Of a DNA stretch of 64,000 nucleotides, positions 52,509-64,000 are shown in pieces (positions within the stretch are counted from its first letter, which is position 1; the number at the start of each line of letters is the position of its first letter). The DNA is taken from assembly GCA_038087875.1 (NCBI GenBank), contig JAXLNO010000057.1, positions 1-64,000 on the forward strand, in the 5' to 3' direction. The notes below the pieces were generated by a model, which searched no databases, was not told where the DNA came from, and saw only the letters and a program-made list of their open reading frames with translations. Source of the stretch: Malacoraja senta. Its lineage: Eukaryota. The translations under genes were made by a program, and so were the position numbers.

Positions 52509-52961
52509 CTGGGGGACGTAGGATAATTTTTTGCAATTAAAACAGAATATGCTAGAAAACAGTAGTGACTCTGCAAAGGGAAACAAAGTTAAAGTGGAGG
52601 ATTTTTCACATTCACTTTTAACCATTCTAATCCTATAATAGAAACATAGAAATATAGAAAATAGGTGCAGGAGGAGGCCATTCGGCCCTTCGAGCCAGCA
52701 CCGCCATTCATTGTGATCATGGCTGATCATTCCCAATGAATAACCCGTGCCTTCAAATAATTTCAGGAGATGGTCCAGTGATTTTGTTTTCTCAAATCCC
52801 TTTGAGGGCAGCTGGTAGAGTGAATGCAAAAGTGGGATGGCAAATGTGAACGGGTGATCAATGGTCGGTGTGGACTCGGTAGGCGAAGGGCCAGTTTCCA
52901 TGTTGTACCTTTATTACCTAATATGTTATTGAGTTTTCTTCACATTATTTACTTAGTATTT

Positions 52962-53106
52962 GGTTGTGTTAGTTGGGCTAGTATTATGTTGTGTTAGTTG
53001 GGCTAGTATTATGTTGTGTTAGTTGGGCTAGTATTATGTTGTGTTGGTTGGGCTAGTATATGTTGTGTTAGTTGGGCTAGTATTATGTTGTGTTAGTTGG
53101 GATAGT
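52962..53106. repeat. 25-bp tandem repeat, ~5.5 copies
   Basis: TGTGTTAGTTGGGCTAGTATTATGT units. Confidence 0.9.
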
Positions 53107-54086
53107 CCTGTAATCTTCCCAAAGCCGTATTTACTTTAATATAGTTTATTATCATTTGTACCGAGGTACGGTGAAATGTTTTTTTGTTGCCTGCTATCCA
53201 GTCAGTGAAAAGACTATCAATTTTACATCGGCAACTAAAGATACAGAACTGAAACTTGTAGGCTGCTAGTGTTCTCTCTGAGCTATGAATCCCTGTCCCC
53301 AACTTGCAGGGAAACACGCTACGTATCTGAAAAGACAGGACCCAGAGTGGCAGCATGCATCGTGGGCAGGTCTTAACAACCCTACTCACAAATCAGATAA
53401 AATAAAACTCTGATTTAGACTTGAGATACAGTGCGGAAACAGGTCCTTCAGTCCACTGAGTTAGCGCCGACCAGCATTTAACTCCTTACACTAGCACTAT
53501 CCTACACACTAGGGACAATTTACAATTTTTACCGAAGCCAATTAATCTAGAAACCTGTATGTCTTTGGAATGTGGGAGGAAACCAGAACACCCGGAGAAA
53601 ACCCACACAGTCACGGGGAGAACATACAAACTTCTACAGACGGCACCTGTAGTCAGTATTGAACACAGGTCTTTGACGTTACAAGACAGCAGCTCTACCA
53701 CTATGCCGCCCTAATATCTGATAACTAGCAAGACAGCGCTCCAGCTTTTCTTGTTGTCAAGGACATGGAAAGATTTTGATTTCCCTGACATTTAGAAGCA
53801 TTCAAAAATAAATTATACAAAACATTTAAAAATATATACTAATTCCTTGATGTATGAAAGCTCACTACAAATTCTCACTGAAATGCCTTTGGCTCTTTGG
53901 GTTACAAGTCTTCAATATGCCATGTTATCTTTCGTTATATCAAATGGCATGTATAAAATACGCTGTACCAAAATGGTAACAAGCATTTCACTATGGATCA
54001 CAGCACTCTTGGCATTCTCCCACTCCATTGTGTTGTCAAAGGGATTACTCTGCTCTGTAAGTAACTGAATTATTCCCCTGCATATT

Positions 54087-54565
54087 GTAGACACAAAATG
54101 CTGGAGTAACTCAGCAGGACAGGCAGTATCTCTGGAGAGAAGGAATGGGCGACATTTCGGGTCGAGACCCTTCTTCAGACTGATGTCAGGGGAGCGAGTG
54201 AGACAGAGATAGTATGTAGTTGGAGACAGTAAGACTGGTGGAAGAACTGGAAAGGGGAAGGAGATGGAGAGAGAGGGAAAGCTAGGGCTATTTGAAGTTA
54301 GAGGAGTCAATGTTCATACCGCTTGGGTGTAAACTGCCCAAGCGAAATATGAGGTGCTGTTCCTCCAATTTGCGCTGGGCCTCATTCTGACAATGTAGGA
54401 GGCCCAGGCCAGAAAGGTCAGATTGGGAATGGGAGGGGGAGTTAAAGTGTTGAGCAACCGGGAGATCAGGTAGGTTAAGGCGGACTGAGCGGAGGTGTTC
54501 AGCGAAACAATCGTCGAGCCTGCGCTTGGTCTCACCGATGTACAGAAGTTGACACCAGGAACAGC
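54087..54565 (-). mobile_element. Penelope-like element fragment (GIY-YIG endonuclease) with a hammerhead-like motif at 54151-54178
   Basis: YIGETKRRLDDCFAEHLRSV...PVAQHFNSPSHS...RKLEEQHLIFRLGSLHPSGMN; CTGAAGA-A-GGGTCTCGACCC-GAAA-TGTC. Confidence 0.82.
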
Positions 54566-55140
54566 TTTCCTACACACCACGCATATTGTGTTCCCCTCAT
54601 AATAGCTTTAAAAGCCCCAGCAGTTCCAAAGAAGTCACTTTCACGAAGAAATCGCAGTAATAAACATGCTGGAAGTAATTAACAAAAGTAAATAGGTGGA
54701 CATTAGTTGTAGAGATACAGCATGGAAACAAGCCCTTCAACCCACTGTGTTCACACCAACCATCGATCACCCGTTCACACTAGTTCCATGTTATCCGACT
54801 TTCTCATCCACTCCCAATACACTGAAGGATCTTTACAGAGGGCCAAATAACCTACAAATCCGCACGTCATAGGGATGTGGGAGGAAACTGGAACATTCGG
54901 TGGAAAACCACAGGGTGAATGTGCAAACTACACACATCTGAAGTCAGGATCAAACCTGGTCTCTTGTGCTGAGGCCAGAGCTATTCATTACATCTTGCAG
55001 TATCATCAGTGCAAGCTTGCCTTAACAGCACTGAGAAAAGAAAACTTAATATAAATAAGTTACCATTTTAGTGATTCAAAATGAAGATGACCAAAGACCA
55101 AATATTCAGAGTATTGTGTTCAGTTCTGGGCACCATGTTA

Positions 55141-55345
55141 GCGATGAAGAGGTGGGGCCTCGTGGACAGCACCTCCTGCGAGTGTGGGGACCCAACACAG
55201 ACAGTGGAACACATAGTCACCAGTTGCCCCAAACACCGGCCACCGAATGGTGAACGAGGTCTGATTGACCTGGACGATGACACGTTGGCCTGGCTCGCCT
55301 CAACGGAGCTGCAGGTCTAAAAGACACACAACAGAAGAAGAAGAA
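55141..55345 (+). mobile_element. Vingi/Ingi-like LINE 3' end (205 bp) nested in a CR1 that runs to ~55830
   Basis: KRWGLVDSTSCECGDPTQTVEHIVTSCP knuckle, (AGA)n tail, 12-bp TSD GGCACCATGTTA at 55129-55140 and 55346-55357. Confidence 0.8.
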
Positions 55346-56824
55346 GGCACCATGTTATAGGAAAGGGTACAGAGAGATTTTACAAGAATGTTGCCAGGAC
55401 TCAAGGGTCTAAGCTATAGGGAGAGGTTGAGTAGTTCGGGACTCTATTCCCTGAAGCGCAGGAGGATGAGGGGTGATCTTGTAGAGGTGTATAAAATCAT
55501 GAGAGGAATGGATCGGGTAGATGCACAGAGTCTCTTGCCCAGAGTCGGGGAATCGAGGACCAGAGGACATAGGTTTACGGTGAAGGGGTAAAGATTTAAT
55601 ATAAATCTGAGGGGTAACTTTTTCAAACAAAGGGTTGTGGGTATGTATGGAACAAGCTGCCGGAGGAGGTATTTGAGGTTTAAGAAGCAGTTAGACAAGT
55701 ACATGGATAGGACAGTTTTGGAGGGATATGGACCAAACACAGGCATGTGGGACTAGTGTAGGTGGGACATGTTGGCCGATGTGGCCAAGTTAGGCCTGTT
55801 TCCACACTGTATCACTCCGTGACTGTGCGACTATAAGCTGTAACTGAAGGAGTCTGTAAGGCTCATTAGAATTATTGGAAAAGGGAGATTAGAACAAGGG
55901 TAGGATCTCTAAAATCACATGGCCAATGTGATAGGTGTAGAATTAGGCCATTTGGCCCATCATGGCTGATCTATCTCTCCCTCCAACCCCATACTCCTGC
56001 CGTCTCCCCATAACCTCTAACACCTGTACTAATCAAGAATATATCTATCTCTGCCTTAAACATATCCACTGATTTGGCAAAGAATTCCACAGATTCACCG
56101 CCCTCGGACTAAAGAAATTTCCACATTAAAATAACATCCTTTAATTCTGAGGCTATGACCTCTAGTCCTAGACTCTCCCACTCATGGAAACATCCTCTCC
56201 ACATCCACTCGATCCAAGCCTTTCACTACTCTATATGTTTCAATGTGGTTGCCCCTTATTCTTCTAATCTCAAATCAAAGTGGTTAACAGTGAGCTGATG
56301 AGTTATCGGGATCATGTACAAGTTAGGATGATGATAATAGATTAACTTAGAGGGTAGAAGACAGAGTTTATTCCAAAACATTGCTGGAGTAACTCAGTGG
56401 GACAGGCAGCATCTCTGGAGAAAATGAATAGGTGACATTTCAGGTCGAGACTTTTCTTCAGACCCGAAACGTCACTTCCCCCTGTTCTCCAGAGAAGCTG
56501 CCTGACCTGCTGATTTACTCCAGCACCTTGTGTCTATTTTTGTAAACCAGCATCTGCAGTTCCTTGTGTTTCCATTTATCCAGAAACATTTTGGAATACC
56601 AGGTCTAAGTGTTAGAAAGAGGTAGCAGATGAGATGAGTTGAGGTGGAGTGAGGCAAGTGATGGAGAGAAAAATGTCGGCAATGATGACAGGGATATACG
56701 GTTCAAAGCCCGTTCAGTTTAACCAGCACCTTCAGTTCCTTCCGACAAATTCAGTTTAACCAGGGTAACAACATCCCCAACAGTCAGGTTAACTGTCAAA
56801 TGGTTACCAGAGAGAAGGATGGAA

Positions 56825-58637
56825 TTGGTGGCAATTTAAAAGAAACTGCGACAGCGAACTAAAGTCATAACTTTGGTCTTCCCAGCACCCAGGTGAAGAA
56901 AACGTAGATTTATTTAGTTTAGTTTAGAGATACAACACATAAACAGGCCATTTTGCCCACCAAGTCCGTGTTGACCAGCAATCACCCCATACACGAACAC
57001 TATCCTGCACACTAGAGACTATTTACTGCAGCCAAGTTAACCTGCAAACATGTACGTCTTTGGAGTGTGGGAGGAAACTGGGGCAGCCGGAGAAAACCCA
57101 CATGGTCACGGGGAGAAGGAACAAACTGTACGGACAGCACCTGTGGCCAGGATCAAACCTGGGTCTCTGGAGCTGTAAGGCAGTAACTCTACTACTGTGC
57201 CACTGTGCTGCCCAGCTTTACTGCTAGTACATGGGAGACAGATGATGCTGCAGTATAGCAGGATGCAACTCGGGTTAAGTGAACAAGAACCGAAATATGT
57301 TTGTAATGAAATAAAACTGAACATTAATGCAGTACCTCCAATGCATGCACCACTGCCACCGCCGCATCTTCAGAAATATTATCCAACCCACATTCAAATG
57401 CTGTTACGAACATCCGGCCTTCTAATTGCCCTCTTGTGGGAAGCACCATGGTGTGAGTGCAAAACTTCACATCATCTTCCTCTTGGGGATCCTTCATCAC
57501 AAAGTTCTGTACCCCAGACAAAGGTTTCTGTGCTTGGAAACGATGCTGAAGGAAGAAGCAAGCACTTGAGCAAAAAGCTTCATGAAATATGAAAACTATC
57601 GGATTTCTAAATTAAATGATATGTTTACACACGCATTTTCTACTGAAAATAAATGGGATCTGATCCTGGCATTAACTTGACAAAAAACGATCAAGTACAA
57701 TGTTATTCCAAAGTTGCTATTTATAAGCAATTCTAACATTATCTCCATTGTAGATGGACCAGGGCAATGTTTGGCTGAATGTTGATGGATCTGGGTCATT
57801 GCCCACATATACTGACCTGTGGAGCCCCATTCCTATTAATCTTCTGTACCCATGAATCAGGCTACAAGGTATGTGTTCATAAGGGATAGGAACAGAATTA
57901 GGTCAGTCTGCCCATCATGTGTACTCCACCGTTCAATCATGGTTGATCTAACTCCCTCCTAACCTCACCTCCATAACCGCTGTCACCTGTCTAAACAAGA
58001 ATCGATCTACATTTGCCTTCAAAATATCCATTGACTTGGTCCACACAGCCCCCTGTGGCAATGAATTGCACAGATTCACCACCCCCTGACTATAGCAAGA
58101 TTCAGATAGTATTTCTGCTGGACCCCCTGCCCATTAACCCCGTCCCATGCATCCCCTCCCCTATAAACCCCCCCTCCACTGAGCCCATCTTGCACCCATC
58201 TCTCTCCCCCCCCTCCATTCCAACACACCTCGTCAATCCTCTAGCTTCACAATTCGCAACTCACTGATCCTTTTATTTTGCTCCTTGTACGTGATCATCT
58301 CTGGCCTTTGTCCAACCATCTGCCCATCACTAACCAGCCTCGCCTGTGTTCACCTATGACCTACCATGCTTTGTCCTGCCCCTCCACTCTTCTGGCTTCC
58401 TTCCTCCCACACCTACAATCAGTCTGAAAAAGAGTCCAGACCCGAAACGCCACCTCTCCATGCTCTCCAGGGATGCCACCCGCCCACTGAGTTACTCCAG
58501 CACTGTCTTTTTCCTCAGGAGCCTCTGATGTTCAGAGACATTATTCATAGGTTCAAGTAGCAGGATTAGACAATTCAGCCCGTCGAGTCAACTGTGCCAT
58601 TCAATCATGGCTGACCTTTCCTTCCCTCTCAACACCA
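56825..58637 (-). repeat. Inverted segmental duplication, copy 2 (1813 bp, empty L1 site)
   Basis: Reverse complement of 15107-17793 with a single copy of the TSD sequence near 57584-57599. Confidence 0.95.
57336..57545 (-). pseudogene. TADA1: TADA1 exon 5, copy 2
   Basis: 210 nt with the same splice sites; 4 differences from copy 1 by eye (2 replacement, 2 synonymous). Confidence 0.93.
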
Positions 58638-60354
58638 CACTGTGGCTCTGTGGGAGAGGCAGAACAAAGCGCAACGGCTGGATGGACACTGGAGAAATGG
58701 GTTTTAGACAATAGACAATAGACAATAGGTGCAGGAGTAGGCCATTCGGCCGTTCGAGGCAGGACCGCTATTCAATGTGATCATGGCTGATCAGTACCCC
58801 GTTCCTGCCTTCTCCCCACATCCCCTAACTCTGCTATCTTTAAACTTAAGACCAGAGATATTTTTGTGTGTTATGTAAAATAAATTAATTTCAGGTTCTT
58901 TACATCACAAGTATTTTCCTAAAAGGTTACCCACAACTTTATGTTGTAAATGTGTTGGTTTCAGTCCAGCAAAAACACATAACATAAGTCCTTAATGACA
59001 TTTCATAGAAACACAGCGAGAGTGTGTGAGATGTAGATGGGATATGACTCCAATTTTTAACTAACTCCTGTGTTTGTGTATTCATATTTTTCTAATAAAT
59101 TATGGTATCTACACCAGATGATAGTGTACCACAATATAGGAAAACATTCTCATATTTACAATTAAGGGCCAATTGTATTTGGGTTTTTAATGGAAACTCA
59201 GTTTACCCAAGTTTAAATTGAAACTTGGGCCAGGCGCTGAGAAACTCTGGGACGCCACTGCTGAAGAGAACATCTGAACTTTGTCTTTCATTCAGAGGTT
59301 CGCGGGCGGGCTGGGGTGACTGTAGGGCTCTGACAACTTTGTTTCCCAGGGCTGGGGTTAGTGTGAAAGGGGTGGTTTCTGGGCAGATCTGCCCAATCAG
59401 CAATGTTTTGAGCTGCAGCTTTTTACATAGTTTAAGTCGCGATGGTGGGACGGCTGCTCTGACGGACATACTGGGTGAGTAGAGAGACACACACTGCTAT
59501 CCCTCTGGTCTACGGACCTTGCTGTCGGGGGAAAAAATAACGTTAATGTTCAATTTACCTAATCTTTTTCTTTAGAAGTTTACCAACGTTTTGATGAGAG
59601 ATAAATTAAGGGAATAAAACAATCTTACTAGACACAAAAAGCTGGAGTAACTCAGCCAAGCCGGCAGCATCTCTGGAGAGAAAGGTCGAAACGTTTTTTC
59701 AGTCTGAAGAAGGGACTCGACCAGAAACGTCACCCATTCCTTCTCTCCAGAAATGCTGCATGCCCCGCTGAGTTACTCCAGCATTTTGTGTCTATCTTCG
59801 GTGTAAACCAGCATCTGCAGTTCCTCCCGACACAAAACAGCCCATGCCTTTCAATGATTGATGCCAGACCTTGAACAAATGCAGTTCAAAATTGACTTTT
59901 GAATGCAATTTTGGAAGGATTGTTTCTTGAAACAAACTGCTCTAAAAGTTTGAAGGAAGGAATTGCAGATACTAGTTTAAACCAAAGATAGACACAAAAT
60001 GATGGATTCTCAGCTGGTCAGTCAGCATCTCTGGAGAAAAGAAATAGGTGATATTTCGGGTCGAGATCGTTCTTCAGGCTGGGTCTTTTTATAGTGAGAA
60101 AAAAACTGCATGACATGATTTTTACCATGTGATGATTTTTCCACACGTCGGTAGTCGTTGTTGGCTCAAGAGTAGCTCGGGAGAGGAACTTGGTACATCG
60201 CAGAAATGAGAAGTAAACGGCAAACTTTAACATAAACGCGGGAACTCGTTTAAACTCGTGAACATAAACTTGGAATCTCGTAGACAACCACGAGTTTGAT
60301 TTTTTCTTTCACTCGGGAACACTCGTGGGTGGACGCACCGTGAGACAGGGCCAT

Positions 60355-60985
60355 TAGGCACAAGAAGGGACAGAGCCGTCTGTACTTTCGGAGGAGGCTC
60401 CGCTCTTTCGAGGACTGCAGGAAGATGTAGCATACGTTCTATGAATCAGTGGTGGCCTGTGCCATCTTCTATGCTGTCGTGTGCTGGGGTAGCAGAATAA
60501 AGGCCGCGGATGCCAACAGAATCAACATGCTCATCAGGAAGGCTGGCTCCGCCCTGGGAATGGAGTTGGATTCATTGGAGTTGGTCTCGGAAAGGAGGAT
60601 GCTCCTCAAACTGTAGAGTATCTTGGACAATACTTCTCACCCCCCCCCCCCTCCATGGCACACTGATCAACCTAAGGTGCACCTTTAGCAACAGGCTGGT
60701 CCCACCAAGGTGCAGCACAGAACGCCACAGGTGATCCTTTTTTACTGTGGCTATCAAACTGTACAACTCCTCGCCCTTGATCCCCCCCACACATTTTGCA
60801 AATTCCTCATCCTGGACTTTTCCATTCGATAATTTAATTTCATGATTGTGCAATATTACATATGTGCTGTGCAATAACGGGTCAGTTTAACTGCATTATT
60901 ATTATAATGCACAGGACACTTTCAATCCGTTGTAAATATCTTTTGCCTGTTGGCAGACCAACAGATAAATAAAGTTGTATCGTAT
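60355..60985 (+). mobile_element. Rex1-like LINE 3' fragment
   Basis: KKGQSRLYF.RRLRSF...FYESVVACAIFYAVVCWG...FSNRLVPPRCSTERHR. Confidence 0.75.
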
Positions 60986-61028
60986 AGTATGAGTTTTAGT
61001 GAGATGGTCACTCCTAAGGTGAAGGCTG

Positions 61029-61768
61029 GGGGGTGTTGTGGCTGCGAGGGTGACCGGTCCTCACCCTGTCACGGTGGGTGTCGACGAGAGACGTGTGCAT
61101 GGAGCGATTCCGGCCAGGCTTACCCCCACTCCGTCGGAATTGTTCATAGGACCCATGGCCCGGGTCCCTCCCCGAGAGCCGGCCCGAGGCAACATGAGCC
61201 GCCTTTCCGAGATGCCCAGAGTGCCGTTCTGTGACGCGGAGAGGCGCGTGTTGTACAGATTCGTCCGCCGCCTGTCACTTCTGCGGTGAGGAGGCGTCCG
61301 TGTACCATTTGTATGTACAACGTGAGAGGTTGCAGCCCCTGTTCGAGTATCTGAAGGGGCTGCTCCTCAAGTTCAGGCTCCATTTTAGCCCTGATTTTTG
61401 GGCACCCAGTACAGAGGGGGGAGGGTCAGGAGGGAGGAGGGGGGTCTCCGTGTCTGTCTGCTCCTGGGCCTGGCAAAGATGGCCATTCACTGGTCCAGGC
61501 AGCAGGCAGTCGACGGCCGCACAGGGGTCGGCTGCCTGCCCCTTTTCCGGGGTTACGTGTCCCTGGAGAGGGAACACGTGGTGTCCACGGGGACGCTGGA
61601 GGTCTTCCGTGAACGCTGGTCGAGTGTATTATAGACAAGGACGGCGGGATCTTAATTTGAATTTTTGTTTTGTTTGTAAACTGCCTATACAGGCAGCTTT
61701 TGATATGAATGCTATACTACTTTGTATGTTGATTTTGTTTTTGGAATTAAATATTTGTTTAAAAAAAA
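61029..61768 (+). mobile_element. Tx1-like LINE 3' fragment A with poly-A
   Basis: HGAIP; CHFCGEEASVYHLYVQRERLQPLFEYLKGLLLKF; LLGLAKMAIH; flanked by AAGGTGAAGGCTG. Confidence 0.85.
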
Positions 61769-61782
61769 AAGGTGAAGGCTGC

Positions 61783-62395
61783 TACATTGGGGTCCTGGGG
61801 GGAGTATATATGGGGTGGCATCTGTTACATGCCACAGACCTGTGGCATGTAACAGATATTTATGTTGGCTCATGGACTCGCCAGCCGCCTGTCACTTCTG
61901 CAGCGAGGAAGAGACCGTGTTCCATGTCTATATGGAGTGTGAGAGTGCAGCCCGTTTGACTATCTGAAGAGGATGCTCCTCAAGTTTTGGCTGCACTTTA
62001 ACCCCACGCTCCTGATCTTTGGTCACCCAGTAGAGGGGGGAGGGTCGTTAGGGAGGGGGCGTCACCCTGACGGTTTGTTCCTGGGCCTGGCCAAGATGGC
62101 CATTCGCGGATCCAGCCGCGGGCAGTCAAGGGTTCTGCACCAGTCTACTACCTGCCCCTCTTCCGGGTCTACGTCCACGCCCGTGTGTCCCTACAGAGGG
62201 AGCAAACGGTATCCAGGAGGAGTCTAGAGGCTTTCCGTGAATGCTGGTCACCATGGGGAGTCGAGTGTTTGGAGATGAAGTTGACAATATTTTAATTTGA
62301 TAACTATTTGATTGTAACTTGCCAATGGTAGTCTTGATTTTATTATTATTCTGTATTTGTGTTTGTTTGAATGAAAGCTCTTTGTATTTAAAAAA
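61783..62395 (+). mobile_element. Tx1-like LINE 3' fragment B with A-rich tail
   Basis: CHFCSEEETVFHVYMEC...LLKFWLHFNPTLLIFG...LGLAKMAI; flanked by GTGAAGGCTGC. Confidence 0.82.
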
Positions 62396-63095
62396 GAAGT
62401 GAAGGCTGCAGGTAGTTTTGTGACCACAGGAAAGACAAAGGAAGAGACACACAGTGCAGGCAGTACTGTCCCCATTGCCCTCAGTAACACATTTCAGATA
62501 CTGTTGGGGGAAGATGACCTTTCTGAAGGCAGCAGCAGTGGCCATGTCCGTGGCATCAAATCAATTCTGCATGAATACATCATCTTCACCGCATAATGAA
62601 TCAAATCAGCTTCGCACCAGCAAAATGACTCAAAACTGCCTTGCTTCAACAACCATCACAAGAATGGACTGTGACAATGCATCTTCCCTAAGTGGGAGTA
62701 CTAACCACTAAACAATTGCTGGGAAGTCAAACCATGGACACACTCCATGTTATGTGGCACTACAATCATGCTAAATGGGATGGAGTCCAAACAAATCTGG
62801 AGGCTCAAAACTTGGTATACACGAGTTTACTGGTTTTGACTTGGCCTCTTTGGCCTGAAATGTTAACTCTGTTACTCTTCTCACAGATGTTCACTGACCT
62901 GCTGAGTGTTTCCTGCATTTTCTGTTTCTTTGAATTTCTATCAGAAAGTCAACAGCTGCAACTTCCTGGGTCAGGAATTGTAAATCACTTCAAAGCGTAT
63001 ATGATTTACACACATTGGCGTCAGATGTGGTCATACCCACTCCTCTTGTATAACGGTTTTTATTTTCTATTTTGTGAGTATTACTTTACTTCACG

Positions 63096-64000
63096 ATGGC
63101 TTCTTCTTGTCGGAAGCCTGAGCCTCTTGTCTTTGATGCCGATATCAGCGAACGCTGGGCCACGTTTGAAATTGATTACCAGCACTACATCAACATTGTA
63201 CACCGAAATGAACCAGATGCTGTTAAGGCTTCTCTTCTGCTCAACCTTGCGGGACCTGGTGCCCTTCGTCGATCCAGAACATTCCGCTATGCTCCGGATA
63301 TCCTTGATGCCCAGGGCCAGGGAATTACACCGGCGGAGTCTCCCGCCGACCCCAATGTTTTGCTGCGTAAATTGGCTCAGATCTGTGACCTGCCCTCAAA
63401 TCACATTTTGGACAGGGCAAGGTTTTTCTCTCGTCGTCAACTTCCCGGGGAACGAGCGGATGCATATATTTCCTCTTTAATGTATCTAGCACAACGTTGT
63501 CGATTTCAGGAAATGCCTGCGGATCAGTTGACTGATCAGTTAACGAGGGATATTTTAGTGAATGGTATCACCGATCAAAAGCTCAGATCAGAGCTATTGA
63601 GACTGCCAGAGTTGTCGCTAAACGACGCAGCGCATGCGTGTAGAACGGCTGAACTTGTTGATCCTATAGACATTCCACATGAAAGCAATACCATCAATCT
63701 GACGGGCCTCACTAGGCAGCGGACATACAGAGATAACAGCCGATCTAAGATCCAAGATAGCCAGGCAGCTCTCAGCGTTCCTTCACAGAAATGTCCTAAC
63801 TGCGGCTATATACACAGCAGGCAATCCACCTGCCCCGCCCTCGGGAAGGCTTGTAATTACTGCAAAAAGCTAAATCACTTTGCCTCAGCCTGTCGGGCTG
63901 CTATCAGGGCCCGAGGAAGGAATGTGCCCAGTCCTAGGTCTAATCTCAATTTTTTGCAACGAGACAGTAACACATTGACTCCCCATTTCCAGCTCGACGC
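63096..64000 (+). CDS. gag: Gypsy LTR retrotransposon gag, open to the window end, preceded by a tRNA-Leu-like PBS (63016-63031)
   Basis: Hand translation MASSCRKPEPLVFD...RARFFSRRQLPGE...CRF...RDILVNGITD...CPNCGYIHSRQSTC-PALGKA-CNYCKKLNHFASAC (two knuckles), no stop; TGGCGTCAGATGTGG upstream. Confidence 0.9.
   Translation, partial: MASSCRKPEPLVFDADISERWATFEIDYQHYINIVHRNEPDAVKASLLLNLAGPGALRRSRTFRYAPDILDAQGQGITPAESPADPNVLLRKLAQICDLPSNHILDRARFFSRRQLPGERADAYISSLMYLAQRCRFQEMPADQLTDQLTRDILVNGITDQKLRSELLRLPELSLNDAAHACRTAELVDPIDIPHESNTINLTGLTRQRTYRDNSRSKIQDSQAALSVPSQKCPNCGYIHSRQSTCPALGKACNYCKKLNHFASACRAAIRARGRNVPSPRSNLNFLQRDSNTLTPHFQLD

Noticed and set aside
62692..63480. 262-aa ORF
   Set aside because: No recognisable domain; it spans repeat fragments and overlaps the real gag in another frame

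Overview
Repeat-dense vertebrate genomic DNA, most likely a cartilaginous fish (inferred from its CR1, tRNA-derived V-SINE/HE1-like and Penelope-like repeats). I found no intact host gene. The window is a mosaic of decaying, intron-flanked gene pieces: one RAB35 exon (-), one and a half CD22/Siglec-like Ig exons (+), and TADA1 exons 2-5 (+) plus exons 5-6 (-). Two inverted copies of an 1813-bp block containing TADA1 exon 5 bracket a ~39-kb segment, which points to an inversion that split the TADA1 copy. Undoing it places a Helitron 5' end and a Helitron 3' end around TADA1 exons 2-6, a possible gene capture. Also present: a class I endogenous retrovirus (pol, env, and an LTR with a tRNA-Pro PBS), Gypsy fragments, a solo LTR, L1, Tx1, Vingi-like, Rex1-like and L2 LINE pieces, non-autonomous DNA transposons, and many hammerhead-like motifs in Penelope-like repeats. 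Family names and exon numbers come from recalled motifs and protein sequences, not database searches. Repeat boundaries without TSDs are approximate.
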